Positions 1-8,376 are shown, counted from the stretch's first letter. The stretch is DNA of 32,000 bases from an uncultured archaeon (GCA_964426185.1 CAYRPF010000009.1:2602-34601), one strand, 5' to 3'. Notes: generated by a model from the letters alone, not told the origin. A program made the numbers and translations.

Positions 1-2
1 GA

Positions 3-548
3 GAAGGTGCCCGAATGGTTCGAGAATTGTTCGAAATGGCTAGAAATCATTCACCCGCAATAATTTTTATAGATGAATTAGATGCAATAGGTTCAAAACG
101 ATTACAAGTGGCAACATCTGGGGATCGTGAAGTCCAACGAACTTTGATGCAGTTATTAAGTGAACTTGATGGATTTAACAATCGAGGAGATATTCGAATT
201 ATTGGTGCAACTAATCGTCCTGATATATTAGATCCTGCCCTTTTACGACCAGGTCGTTTCGATCGATTAATCGAGTTCCCTCCTCCAGATGAAGAAGCAC
301 GCATTAAAATCTTTCAAATCCATACAAAAAATATGAATTTAGAGAAAAAGGCTCGAAATTTCAAGCAATTTTCTCATTTGACAGAAAACGCTACTGGTGC
401 AGAAATTAAGGCTATTGTTATGGAAGCGGGAATGTTTGCTATTCGAGAAAACTGTGAAGAAATTAAAGTTTCTCATTTTAAGAAAGCAATTGCCAAAGTA
501 ATGAAAACTTCAAAGAAAACTCATGAAAAATTTGAAATGTATGCCTAA
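3..548 (+). CDS. pan: Proteasome-activating nucleotidase (AAA+ ATPase), C-terminal part; the gene begins before the window
   Basis: Frame is open from base 3 (EGARMVRELF); Walker B IIFIDELDAIG, SGDREVQRTLMQLL and ATNRPDILDPALLRPGRFDR are typical of PAN/Rpt. Confidence 0.95.
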   Translation, partial: EGARMVRELFEMARNHSPAIIFIDELDAIGSKRLQVATSGDREVQRTLMQLLSELDGFNNRGDIRIIGATNRPDILDPALLRPGRFDRLIEFPPPDEEARIKIFQIHTKNMNLEKKARNFKQFSHLTENATGAEIKAIVMEAGMFAIRENCEEIKVSHFKKAIAKVMKTSKKTHEKFEMYA

Positions 549-565
549 TATCCCGCTTAAATCTA

Positions 566-780
566 TCCCATAGTTAGTTGTGGTTATTTGTGAGTGATGT
601 CGAGGTTCCTGCTAACGGCTTAACGTGATGGTAGTGCTTGGTGCCTAACGGCACCATGACTGATTGTGCAATAGTAATTGACTAATTATGATATACTGTG
701 ACATAAGGTCGGCGTTTGGATATAACGGGATGAAAGTTGTTGTGCGAATCAACTATGGGAAAAGAAGAAAAAAATGTTAA
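566..780 (+). ncRNA. Candidate structured non-coding element, copy 1
   Basis: Terminal stem TCCCATAGTT (566-575) / AACTATGGGA (751-760); GATGTCGA (596-603) pairs with TCGGCGTT (709-716); hairpin TGGTGCC-TAAC-GGCACCA (639-656); G/T-skewed strand; T-tract follows; motifs shared with 13606-13790. Confidence 0.6.
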
Positions 781-908
781 TCTCTTTTTTTTTTACCCTT
801 TCTAATTTCTTTTCATTTATAATTTATTAATTATATCTTTGATATCATCTTTTTGGCTCTTTTTCAGAAAAATTCTATACTAATCATGTATTATTTTAAG
901 ATGATTCC

Positions 909-1409
909 ATGTGGTTAAATCAACGCAGTCGAGAAGAAATCCGCTCTTTTCTAATAGCAGTTTTTGGATTTCAATTTGATGATAAAATTGCTTCAATCTT
1001 GATAGAAGCATTTCCACAAATGAACTTTCAATTTTCAAGAAAAACCAAAAAAATAAAATATATTTTTTTAAACGAGGAAGTTTTTGCAGCATATCGCCCG
1101 CAAACGGGGAAATTTTCATTAGGTTTTGGGGCTGCAGAATATTTAATTGAGCATACTGAAACTCCCAGACTGCGTGCAGTAGTTCAGTCCGATATTCAAG
1201 ATTTTATAAAAAGCGGAAAATCTGTGTTCTCTCAACATGTAGTAAATATCGATCCTTTGTTGCACATTGGAGATGAAGTCATAATCGTTAATGAAAATGA
1301 CGAACTACTCGCTTTGGGGAAATTAACATACCCTCCATTTTATATAACTCAAAATGTTAAAGGTAGTTGCATTAAAGTCCGTAAAGGAATTAATGCAAGA
1401 TCGAAGTAA
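909..1409 (+). CDS. PUA-domain RNA-binding protein, resembling the C-terminal C2+PUA module of archaeosine tRNA-guanine transglycosylase
   Basis: GKSVFSQHVVNIDPLLHIGDEVIIVNENDELLALGK...IKVRKG is a PUA signature; next to NAC, as is common in archaea. Confidence 0.8.
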   Translation: MWLNQRSREEIRSFLIAVFGFQFDDKIASILIEAFPQMNFQFSRKTKKIKYIFLNEEVFAAYRPQTGKFSLGFGAAEYLIEHTETPRLRAVVQSDIQDFIKSGKSVFSQHVVNIDPLLHIGDEVIIVNENDELLALGKLTYPPFYITQNVKGSCIKVRKGINARSK

Positions 1410-1479
1410 ATTTTATTATTTTTCGGAATTTTACTAACTATAGAAAATATTATTCATTCAATTCGGTGACTAAAGAAAT

Positions 1480-2034
1480 ATGGGCAAACTACCCAAATCC
1501 ATGCAAAATCGTAACAAACAAATCAAAGAACTACGTGCCAAAGGTAGTTCTCATAGCAAAAGTAAGCATCGAGCACCTCCAGTAGCCCAAAATCGTCAAA
1601 TGCGGCGCAGATTGCAGAAACAAGGCATCGGTGACATGGAACAAATTGAAGCTCGACGCGTAATCATTCAAAAAGATGATGAAGATTTAATCATTGAAAA
1701 TCCTCAGATTATACGAGTCGCTCAACAAGGTATGAATGTTTATCAAGTAATCGGAGAAGCCGAACCTCACCCTTCTGGTAAATATGTGGGAGTCGGTACC
1801 GATTTTGCTACTGCGGATGAAATTGATGCATCAAATATTACCGCTGAATCAAGAGGTAATTTGCAGGAAGCGATAGCTGAAGAAGAGGAAATTTCATTAA
1901 ATGTTGAAATTACTGAGCAAGATATTCAATTAGTTGTGATGCAGACTAATGTGAGTCCAGAAGTTGCCAAACAAACACTTCAAGAAACAAATGGGGATTT
2001 GGCCAAAGCCATTATTAAATTAAAAACCCAATAA
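1480..2034 (+). CDS. nac: Nascent polypeptide-associated complex protein (NAC domain plus C-terminal UBA)
   Basis: RQMRRRLQKQGI..MEQIEARRVII...IIENPQI...YQVIGE NAC domain; EQDIQLVVMQTNVS..AKQTLQETNGDLAKAII UBA domain. Confidence 0.92.
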   Translation: MGKLPKSMQNRNKQIKELRAKGSSHSKSKHRAPPVAQNRQMRRRLQKQGIGDMEQIEARRVIIQKDDEDLIIENPQIIRVAQQGMNVYQVIGEAEPHPSGKYVGVGTDFATADEIDASNITAESRGNLQEAIAEEEEISLNVEITEQDIQLVVMQTNVSPEVAKQTLQETNGDLAKAIIKLKTQ

Positions 2035-2124
2035 AAAACAAAGTCAAAAATAATCACGGATAATCCCCTAATATCTGTTCCAAAATTATTTTTATTTTTC
2101 ACTCATTACCATGATTGAATTATT

Positions 2125-2436
2125 ATGTCAGCTATCGCCTCAAAAAAAGCGGAACAAGAAAAAGGTCCTGAACAAATCCTTTTTACTATGGGTTTTGTAT
2201 TTCTCGGCACAATAGTTGTAATTCTTATTCTTACGTTACTTTTCTCATGGAATTTCTTCTCTACAAACGTCCTGGGACCAATTATTTACTTTTTGCTCCT
2301 CTCGGGGCTTACCTTTGGATTTGGAAGTTTATTAAAAGAGACTTCATATTCTGAAAAAATAATTAAGAATTGGTTTTTTGGATTTTTCGGAATAAGCATT
2401 ATCATAGGAATTGTTTTAGGAGCGTATATGTGGTAA
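2125..2436 (+). CDS. Small membrane protein with about three TM helices, unknown function
   Basis: Three hydrophobic stretches; ATG start; T-rich tract downstream. Confidence 0.7.
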   Translation: MSAIASKKAEQEKGPEQILFTMGFVFLGTIVVILILTLLFSWNFFSTNVLGPIIYFLLLSGLTFGFGSLLKETSYSEKIIKNWFFGFFGISIIIGIVLGAYMW

Positions 2437-2644
2437 TTACTATTTGGTAAGGACTGAATTAGAGCATATAATAGTTATTATCGAAATCTCTTTTTTCTTT
2501 CTTTCTGCGATATTTTTCTATTGATTTCACTATCTTTTTTTGTGAATAAATGTCAAAGAATCTGAAAGAACCAGAATAAATTAGAGTGAAAAGTATAGAA
2601 AAAAAAATTTTAAGAATCGAAAGAATTCGAAAATAATCCGGTTT

Positions 2645-2965
2645 CTATTTACTCTGAAGCATTTGGTTTAATTCTGTAATTTTTTGATCGATTATCGCAG
2701 AAAATTCCCGATTATTGGAATCTTCGACAAATGAAAATGCTTGTAGATATTCTTCTAATGCTTTTTGGTGAAATCCCATTAGTTCCAATAAATTTGCCTT
2801 TTCGGCAATAGATTTAGCGATTCCGAACCGATTTGATAATTGTAGCTTTTTTTTAATAATTCTATTATAAATTTCCAACGCCAAAGTATAATTTCCTTGA
2901 TTTTTTGCTTGTTCTAAATTCTGAGCTAACCTATAAAGCTCAATAATATCTTTCATTTCTTTCAT
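2645..2965 (-). CDS. Small TPR-like helical protein
   Basis: AKNQGNYTLALEIYNRII and ANLLELMGFHQKALEEYLQAF resemble TPR helix pairs. Confidence 0.65.
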   Translation of the reverse strand: MKEMKDIIELYRLAQNLEQAKNQGNYTLALEIYNRIIKKKLQLSNRFGIAKSIAEKANLLELMGFHQKALEEYLQAFSFVEDSNNREFSAIIDQKITELNQMLQSK

Positions 2966-3036
2966 AAATTAAGCGATTCGTTTCCGCCTTTTGAAATTCT
3001 TTAATATACGCATCTTATCACAATATTTTCTTGATA

Positions 3037-3108
3037 GATGTACTGCGAAAAATATAAATGATGTACTGCGAAAAATATAAATGATGTACTGCGAAAAATA
3101 TAAATGAT
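3037..3108 (+). repeat. Three perfect tandem copies of 23-bp GATGTACTGCGAAAAATATAAAT plus a partial GAT
   Basis: Units at 3037-3059, 3060-3082 and 3083-3105; each contains a BRE/TATA-like CGAAAAA-TATAAAT. Confidence 0.97.
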
Positions 3109-3111
3109 TAT

Positions 3112-3855
3112 ATGGCTTTGCCTTCTGAATCTGTCCTAAATTTCATAAAAATCCGCGTTGTCTGCAAAGTTGCTCAACCATTGCGGAATTTTACTTGTTT
3201 TTTCTCAACCACCCCAACACAATCTTGGTCTTCTATTCCCATGTTGGCTACTAACGATTTTGAATATGTCGCCTATGTATCCGTTGAAAAATCTGATTCG
3301 CAAATTTATCTCTTTTTCTTATTGGAAACACCTAAAGGAGAACAAATTATTGACAGCAATAACGGAATTTTTTATCAGATTCCCATATATATTTTATCTT
3401 CTGAAAAATCGGTTGAAAAAACAAGCACTCTTTCCTCAAAACAAAGTCAACAGTTTGATATTCCTTCTCCTTTTTCTTCTTCTCCTTCTTCATCCTTATC
3501 CCCTTTTTTTCCCTCTGGAGTGGCGTCATCGGATGGATCTCTTGCGAACCCAAAACCATTAGTAGAAAACTCAAATAAAAACTTACCATCAATCAGCCAG
3601 TCTATGCCCCATTCTTTAATCTACGTAGAAAACCCATTTAGATATTCAAAGATAACAGATAAAAATTCCATATCTCATAAAATAATCAAATTTCAAGCAT
3701 CTCCTGTTTGTAATCTTACCAATTCCAAAATAAGAAAAAATTCATCACCATCTCAAAAAGAAATTTCCGATTATTCGGTTTGTTCCAATTGTCAAGGGCG
3801 ATACCCCAAAATTCTTCATATTTGCCCTTACTGTGGATATGATTTTTCTAAGTAA
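3112..3855 (+). CDS. Hypothetical protein: N-terminal beta-rich domain, Ser/Pro linker, C-terminal zinc ribbon
   Basis: C-terminal CSNC...CPYCG; low-complexity Ser-rich middle; start uncertain. Confidence 0.7.
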   Translation: MALPSESVLNFIKIRVVCKVAQPLRNFTCFFSTTPTQSWSSIPMLATNDFEYVAYVSVEKSDSQIYLFFLLETPKGEQIIDSNNGIFYQIPIYILSSEKSVEKTSTLSSKQSQQFDIPSPFSSSPSSSLSPFFPSGVASSDGSLANPKPLVENSNKNLPSISQSMPHSLIYVENPFRYSKITDKNSISHKIIKFQASPVCNLTNSKIRKNSSPSQKEISDYSVCSNCQGRYPKILHICPYCGYDFSK

Positions 3856-3985
3856 CTCTTAACGAAAGCTCGATTCGGGGATTTTTCCAAAAAAGTGAAA
3901 TTAATAGGGTCAGAGTTGTTAATTTAAGTGTAGAATAAAAAATCCTCCTTTGAAAAAAAATGCTCCATTAGGTTGCGAAATATAT

Positions 3986-5869
3986 ATGACAGATAATTAT
4001 GACTTCTTATTTAAATGTGTGATCCTCGGAGATGGCGGCGCTGGAAAAACTGCCATTGTTGTAAGGTTTTCTCAAGGATTTTTCAAGGAGCATTATAAAA
4101 TGACCATCGGTGTTGAATTCGCAGTAAAAAACATCCAAGTCAAAGCCGCTGAAAACCACACCTATAATGTCAAGTTACAAATTTGGGATACAGGTGGTCA
4201 AGATAGGTTCCAATACGTTCGTCCTCTTTACTACAAGGGTGCAATGGGTTGTATTGTTTTATTTGATATCACAAATCGTGAAAGTTTTGAGCATATTCCA
4301 CGGTGGGTTGAAGAAATACGCAAAGAAGCAGGGAAAATACCGACTTTGATTGTTGGGAATAAAAGCGATTTGAGTCTTCAACGAGTAGTTTCCCGGAAAG
4401 AAGCGGAGAAATTTGCCAAGAAATTAGGTTTTCTTTATGCAGAATCGAGTGCTAAAAGTGGAGCAGGAGTGGGAGATATTTTTGAGATTTTGGCTTTAAT
4501 GATGATTGGTGAAGAAGTTCCAAAAGAGTTGATTGAAGAGAACCTCGTTAAACAGTTGGAATCTTCACTAAAGCCTGTAGAGACAAGCACTTCAGTACCA
4601 AAACCATTGGGTATGTCTTCTTCTTCAAAATTAACGAGTCCACAGTTCTTAAATTCCCAAAAACAAGTTATTTCACCAAAAACAAGTGAAAAATTAGCTG
4701 GTGAATCTGGAATTTCTCCAGAGAAATCAACTAAATTTGAACCTTCGACAGTAAATCCTTTCAAAACCAGTCCCTTAGTCAGTTCAAAAGCCAGTCCATT
4801 TAAATCTTTAAAAAATAAACCCACTCAAGTGGAAGAACCCCAAAAAGTTTCAATCTCGGAGGAAAAACCTATTTTTGAGCCGATAAGAAGAAAAACATTT
4901 CCAACAGCTGCGAGACATGAAAAAAATTCTATGGATGATGAACTATTCATCCCCAAACCACCCCCCAATCCATTTGTTCCCAAAAAACCTATTCCCGCAA
5001 AAAAACATGTCTCAGTATCTGGAACTAAACCAAATTTTCATGAAGAAATAATACATGGAAAATCTACCACAGCAGAAACTTTAGAAAACTCACCTTTTGT
5101 GAAACAAACAAGTGATTCTGGAATTAATACTATTGTTCCTTTTGAAAAACAAGAAGTTAACCCATTCCTTGCCATTAAATCGGAAAAAATTGAACCAGAA
5201 AAACCTCAAGTAGATTCTATAAACTTTTTTATCCCAGACGTTCCACCAAAGCCTTCCTCAAAACCTAAGGAACAACCAGTAAAGCATTCATCACCGACCT
5301 CCTTGCTAAATCAATCTCCAATACCAAAATTATCTTCCATATCAGGTTCAACACCAAAGTCAACATCATTTTCTACCCAATCCAATATTAAGGCGGAAAA
5401 TTCTGCTTCTAATGGTAGTTCTAAGAGTTTCATTCCCTCAACTCCAAAACCATTTACAAATCCCCAATCAATATCAACACATACTGAAGATATATCTTCA
5501 AATAGTGCCATTCCATTTGTCGATTCCAAACCAGCATCGACTACCGTGAAAATCGATAACAAACTCAAACCTTTTATAGTAGGTGAAGAACCTTCTAAAC
5601 AAGAAAATGATGTAAACTTGAATCGTGAAATGATAGAACAAAATCTCCAATTAAAAATACAGACAAAGACCTTTACTGGAACTACAAACCCATTTTTAAC
5701 TCCGAAAATTACTGCAGTCCCACAAGTTCCTAAAAAACATGCTTCAAATCCTTTAATTAAAAAACCAGACAATAGTGAACCCAAACAAGTTGTATGTCCA
5801 AATTGTGGTCATGTTCTTCCCAGTAAATTTAAATTTTGCAATAAATGCGGCGCACAAATTAACAAATGA
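3986..5869 (+). CDS. Rab-like small GTPase with long Pro/Ser/Lys-rich disordered region and C-terminal zinc ribbon
   Basis: YDFLFKCVILGDGGAGKT (G1), MTIGVEF (G2/RabF1), KLQIWDTGGQDRF (RabF2/G3), YYKGA (RabF4), GNKSD (G4), ESSAK (G5); CPNCG...FCNKCG; ATG 3986 preferred over TTG 3950. Confidence 0.92.
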   Translation: MTDNYDFLFKCVILGDGGAGKTAIVVRFSQGFFKEHYKMTIGVEFAVKNIQVKAAENHTYNVKLQIWDTGGQDRFQYVRPLYYKGAMGCIVLFDITNRESFEHIPRWVEEIRKEAGKIPTLIVGNKSDLSLQRVVSRKEAEKFAKKLGFLYAESSAKSGAGVGDIFEILALMMIGEEVPKELIEENLVKQLESSLKPVETSTSVPKPLGMSSSSKLTSPQFLNSQKQVISPKTSEKLAGESGISPEKSTKFEPSTVNPFKTSPLVSSKASPFKSLKNKPTQVEEPQKVSISEEKPIFEPIRRKTFPTAARHEKNSMDDELFIPKPPPNPFVPKKPIPAKKHVSVSGTKPNFHEEIIHGKSTTAETLENSPFVKQTSDSGINTIVPFEKQEVNPFLAIKSEKIEPEKPQVDSINFFIPDVPPKPSSKPKEQPVKHSSPTSLLNQSPIPKLSSISGSTPKSTSFSTQSNIKAENSASNGSSKSFIPSTPKPFTNPQSISTHTEDISSNSAIPFVDSKPASTTVKIDNKLKPFIVGEEPSKQENDVNLNREMIEQNLQLKIQTKTFTGTTNPFLTPKITAVPQVPKKHASNPLIKKPDNSEPKQVVCPNCGHVLPSKFKFCNKCGAQINK

Positions 5870-5875
5870 GCAATT

Positions 5876-6277
5876 ATGAGTGAATTCAATCTTAGATTAT
5901 CAGAACTCCAAAAGCAAATCCACGAAATAATTATGGAATTTGGGGGATATTGGGATCCTCTGGTTATGTTAGCTGCAGTAGTGGAAGAAGTAGGGGAATT
6001 AAGTCGTGAAATAACCCACTTTACTGGAATTAAGCCAAAAAAAACCTCAGAATTTCACAAATCTGGTATCTTTCAAAATTCTCTTGTTTCTCATGATTCA
6101 CTTGATTATCATCAATCTATAACCGCGCTATCTGAAGAATTAGGTGATACAATGTTCAGCTTAATCTGTATTGCCAATTACTACAAAATTGATTTGGAGA
6201 AAATCATGCCTCAAATCTTACTGAAATATAAAAATAGAGATAAAAATCGATTTTCTTCACACGAGAAAATTCAATGA
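5876..6277 (+). CDS. MazG-like nucleotide pyrophosphohydrolase (YpjD-like)
   Basis: GYWDPL..LAAVVEEVGELSREI...EELGD..F.LIC.AN...RDKNR. Confidence 0.88.
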   Translation: MSEFNLRLSELQKQIHEIIMEFGGYWDPLVMLAAVVEEVGELSREITHFTGIKPKKTSEFHKSGIFQNSLVSHDSLDYHQSITALSEELGDTMFSLICIANYYKIDLEKIMPQILLKYKNRDKNRFSSHEKIQ

Positions 6278-6525
6278 TTCCATTCTTTAATAATAAGATG
6301 GCTGGAACTTTCAAAGATAGCGGGAATTTGATCGATTTCTTCCAGAAACTTTCGATTAATGGTTTCTGTATTATCTGCCGCCAAAATGAACATCAAATCG
6401 TATTCTCCAGTGATATAAGAGATTTGTTGAACCTCAGGAATCTTTTGCAGTTGGGCAATCACTTCCAAACTTTTTCCCACTTCAACTTTAACAAAAGTCA
6501 TAATCTTTACTATGGTTTTTCTCAT
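6271..6525 (-). CDS. Stand-alone Lrp/AsnC ligand-binding (RAM) domain protein
   Basis: IPEVQQISYITGEYDL motif, no HTH; start at 6525 makes an ATGA overlap with the upstream stop (6522-6524). Confidence 0.85.
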   Translation of the reverse strand: MRKTIVKIMTFVKVEVGKSLEVIAQLQKIPEVQQISYITGEYDLMFILAADNTETINRKFLEEIDQIPAIFESSSHLIIKEWNH

Positions 6526-6764
6526 TTCTGCCACACCTCCAATACAAAATGCGAATGAATCTCTTTTAAACCCGGAATTTTTTCAATATTTTCAAATATC
6601 GGAACCAAATCTTCGCTGCTGGGTACAGTGATTTCTATTAATAAATCAAAATAACCAGAAATCAATTGGATTTTTCGTATTTCTGAAATATTTTTCAAAG
6701 GGGCTAAAAAGTCCTTTTTATATTGCGGTTTAATTTTCAAAAAGCTGACAACATGAATTTCCAT
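6522..6764 (-). CDS. Stand-alone Lrp/AsnC ligand-binding (RAM) domain protein
   Basis: ISEIRKIQLISGYFDLLIEI...IEKIPGLKEIHSH, no HTH. Confidence 0.85.
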   Translation of the reverse strand: MEIHVVSFLKIKPQYKKDFLAPLKNISEIRKIQLISGYFDLLIEITVPSSEDLVPIFENIEKIPGLKEIHSHFVLEVWQK

Positions 6765-6804
6765 TTTTATTCACTTTTTCCTATTTTTTCATTGAATTTT
6801 GCTA

Positions 6805-8145
6805 TTATTTCTTGTTAATTGTAGGTAAGGATCGATCTACACTCTGATTTAAAACTAAAAGGATTTTATAATGTTTTAATCCAGGCAGTTTTGCAATTCT
6901 TTCTTGAATAACTGAGTTCATACTTTTAGAAGACAGAAATTGAAATTCAGCCATTACATCAAATTCTCCTACCAAAGAACGAACTTCTCGGGCAGATTTG
7001 ATGAGGTATAACTTCTTCATAACCTTTATGTGGGAGCGAGGTTCTATTTTCAAGAAGATATAGGCATGTATCTGGGCTTGAGTTTCACTAACAAACTTCG
7101 TCATAATTGAGATTACTAGCAAAAATATAATTATATACAACCATGAATAAGGAAAATGCTCATCTAGAAGAGTAACTCCCAGTATAATGTTAATTATTGG
7201 CTCGAGAAGTTGCAACACACCTACCCATAGATCGAATGATGCTTCTTTAGGCCAAGAAGTGGATAATGAATAATACAATAGATAAGGGCTAATGGTCAAA
7301 CCCAAAATTAAAAACATTCCATTTAGCGAAAATGTAATATCACCAATATTTGGTAATTCCAAGAAGAATTGTGAAATTTCATTTTGAATCAATTGATTTG
7401 TTATCAAAAATTTCGCCACTATCATTAAAGGGATGTAAGATATTACACAAAATAGGCTAAGTATGGCTAATTTCAAGAGAACACGAATTAATTTATAGTT
7501 TGGATTAGCATTTATAATATCAATTTCGTTTGCAGATATGCGATCCATACCGCTAGAAATTACGAAAAAGGTCAAAGCTAAACCATAAGCAATTATTAAG
7601 AGTAGAGATTGCCAAGTTAATTGTGAAACCGAGCCGATTGGTTGTGAATTAATTCCCATGATAACAGCAGCCGCTATCAAAGTAACTAAATAAATAAACT
7701 TGAAAGCCGACATTTCTTCCTTTCCCATCCCCCATTTAATCGCTGCTATAAAAATCAAACTTAGAATAACTCCAATAGCGGTAGTTATGGCTCCAATAGT
7801 TTTTAAACAATAAAAAAACAGCAGAGTCATTAGATTTAATCCTAATATAGATATAATTAGTAAATATGACCATTGGGGGATATTGAAAAACTCTCGATTT
7901 TTTGAGGTGAAGTATTTCACAATTTGAAAAAATTCAATTTTAGACGGATTATTTTTCTTGAAATAGCCAATTATCAATATTACAGTTGAAATAAGGAGTA
8001 ATGTTATTGCCATAGCTAAAAATCGAGTAAATATTATTATAAATGTAGAATATGTTTCAAATAATTGATGAGCTGGATAAGGAATTAACCCCCATAAGAT
8101 ATTGCAAGTGCTCAATAGTAATATTTTCCACGTTAATTCCTTCAT
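6805..8145 (-). CDS. DMT/EamA-family transporter (about 10 TM) fused to a C-terminal Lrp/AsnC (RAM) domain
   Basis: ILWG, IFTRF and LLEPIINIILGVTLLDE are EamA motifs; C-terminal AYIFLKIEP...REVRSLVGEFDV...IAKLPGL is a RAM fold. Confidence 0.8.
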   Translation of the reverse strand: MKELTWKILLLSTCNILWGLIPYPAHQLFETYSTFIIIFTRFLAMAITLLLISTVILIIGYFKKNNPSKIEFFQIVKYFTSKNREFFNIPQWSYLLIISILGLNLMTLLFFYCLKTIGAITTAIGVILSLIFIAAIKWGMGKEEMSAFKFIYLVTLIAAAVIMGINSQPIGSVSQLTWQSLLLIIAYGLALTFFVISSGMDRISANEIDIINANPNYKLIRVLLKLAILSLFCVISYIPLMIVAKFLITNQLIQNEISQFFLELPNIGDITFSLNGMFLILGLTISPYLLYYSLSTSWPKEASFDLWVGVLQLLEPIINIILGVTLLDEHFPYSWLYIIIFLLVISIMTKFVSETQAQIHAYIFLKIEPRSHIKVMKKLYLIKSAREVRSLVGEFDVMAEFQFLSSKSMNSVIQERIAKLPGLKHYKILLVLNQSVDRSLPTINKK

Positions 8146-8376
8146 AATAACTCCCTTTTATTAACGAAAGCTGGTAAATAAAATTATGCCCATAGATCAC
8201 TCTATCAAGGTATGAGGAAAAAATTTAAACAAAAATGTTTTTTTTTTCAAATTTACTCCGAAATAGTTTTAATTTGATGCCGCTACACAATTGATTATTT
8301 AAGAGAATACATAATATTACTAATTTTCTAGTGTGACAAAAGCTTTAATTTGATGATAAGCACTAATTAAACTGGT

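Noticed and set aside
625-660. 5S rRNA (GATGGTAGTG loop-E-like word)
   Set aside because: The partner strand and other conserved 5S motifs are missing.
3037-3108. CRISPR array
   Set aside because: Repeats are directly adjacent with no spacers, and there are no cas genes nearby.
3158-3592. Alternative-frame and antisense ORFs (3158-3562, 3347-3592, and similar shadow ORFs elsewhere in the track)
   Set aside because: They lie within longer ORFs that have recognisable motifs and show no domain features of their own.
5867-5878. TGA read-through (selenocysteine) fusing the Rab-like ORF to the in-frame MazG ORF
   Set aside because: In-frame adjacency has a one-in-three chance; MazG has its own ATG, the Zn ribbon is a natural C-terminus and no SECIS was recognised.
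3859-8172. Shared 12-mer TTAACGAAAGCT in two intergenic regions (about 3859 and 8161)
   Set aside because: Short, AT-rich and differently placed relative to neighbouring genes; cannot be distinguished from chance without a genome-wide count.
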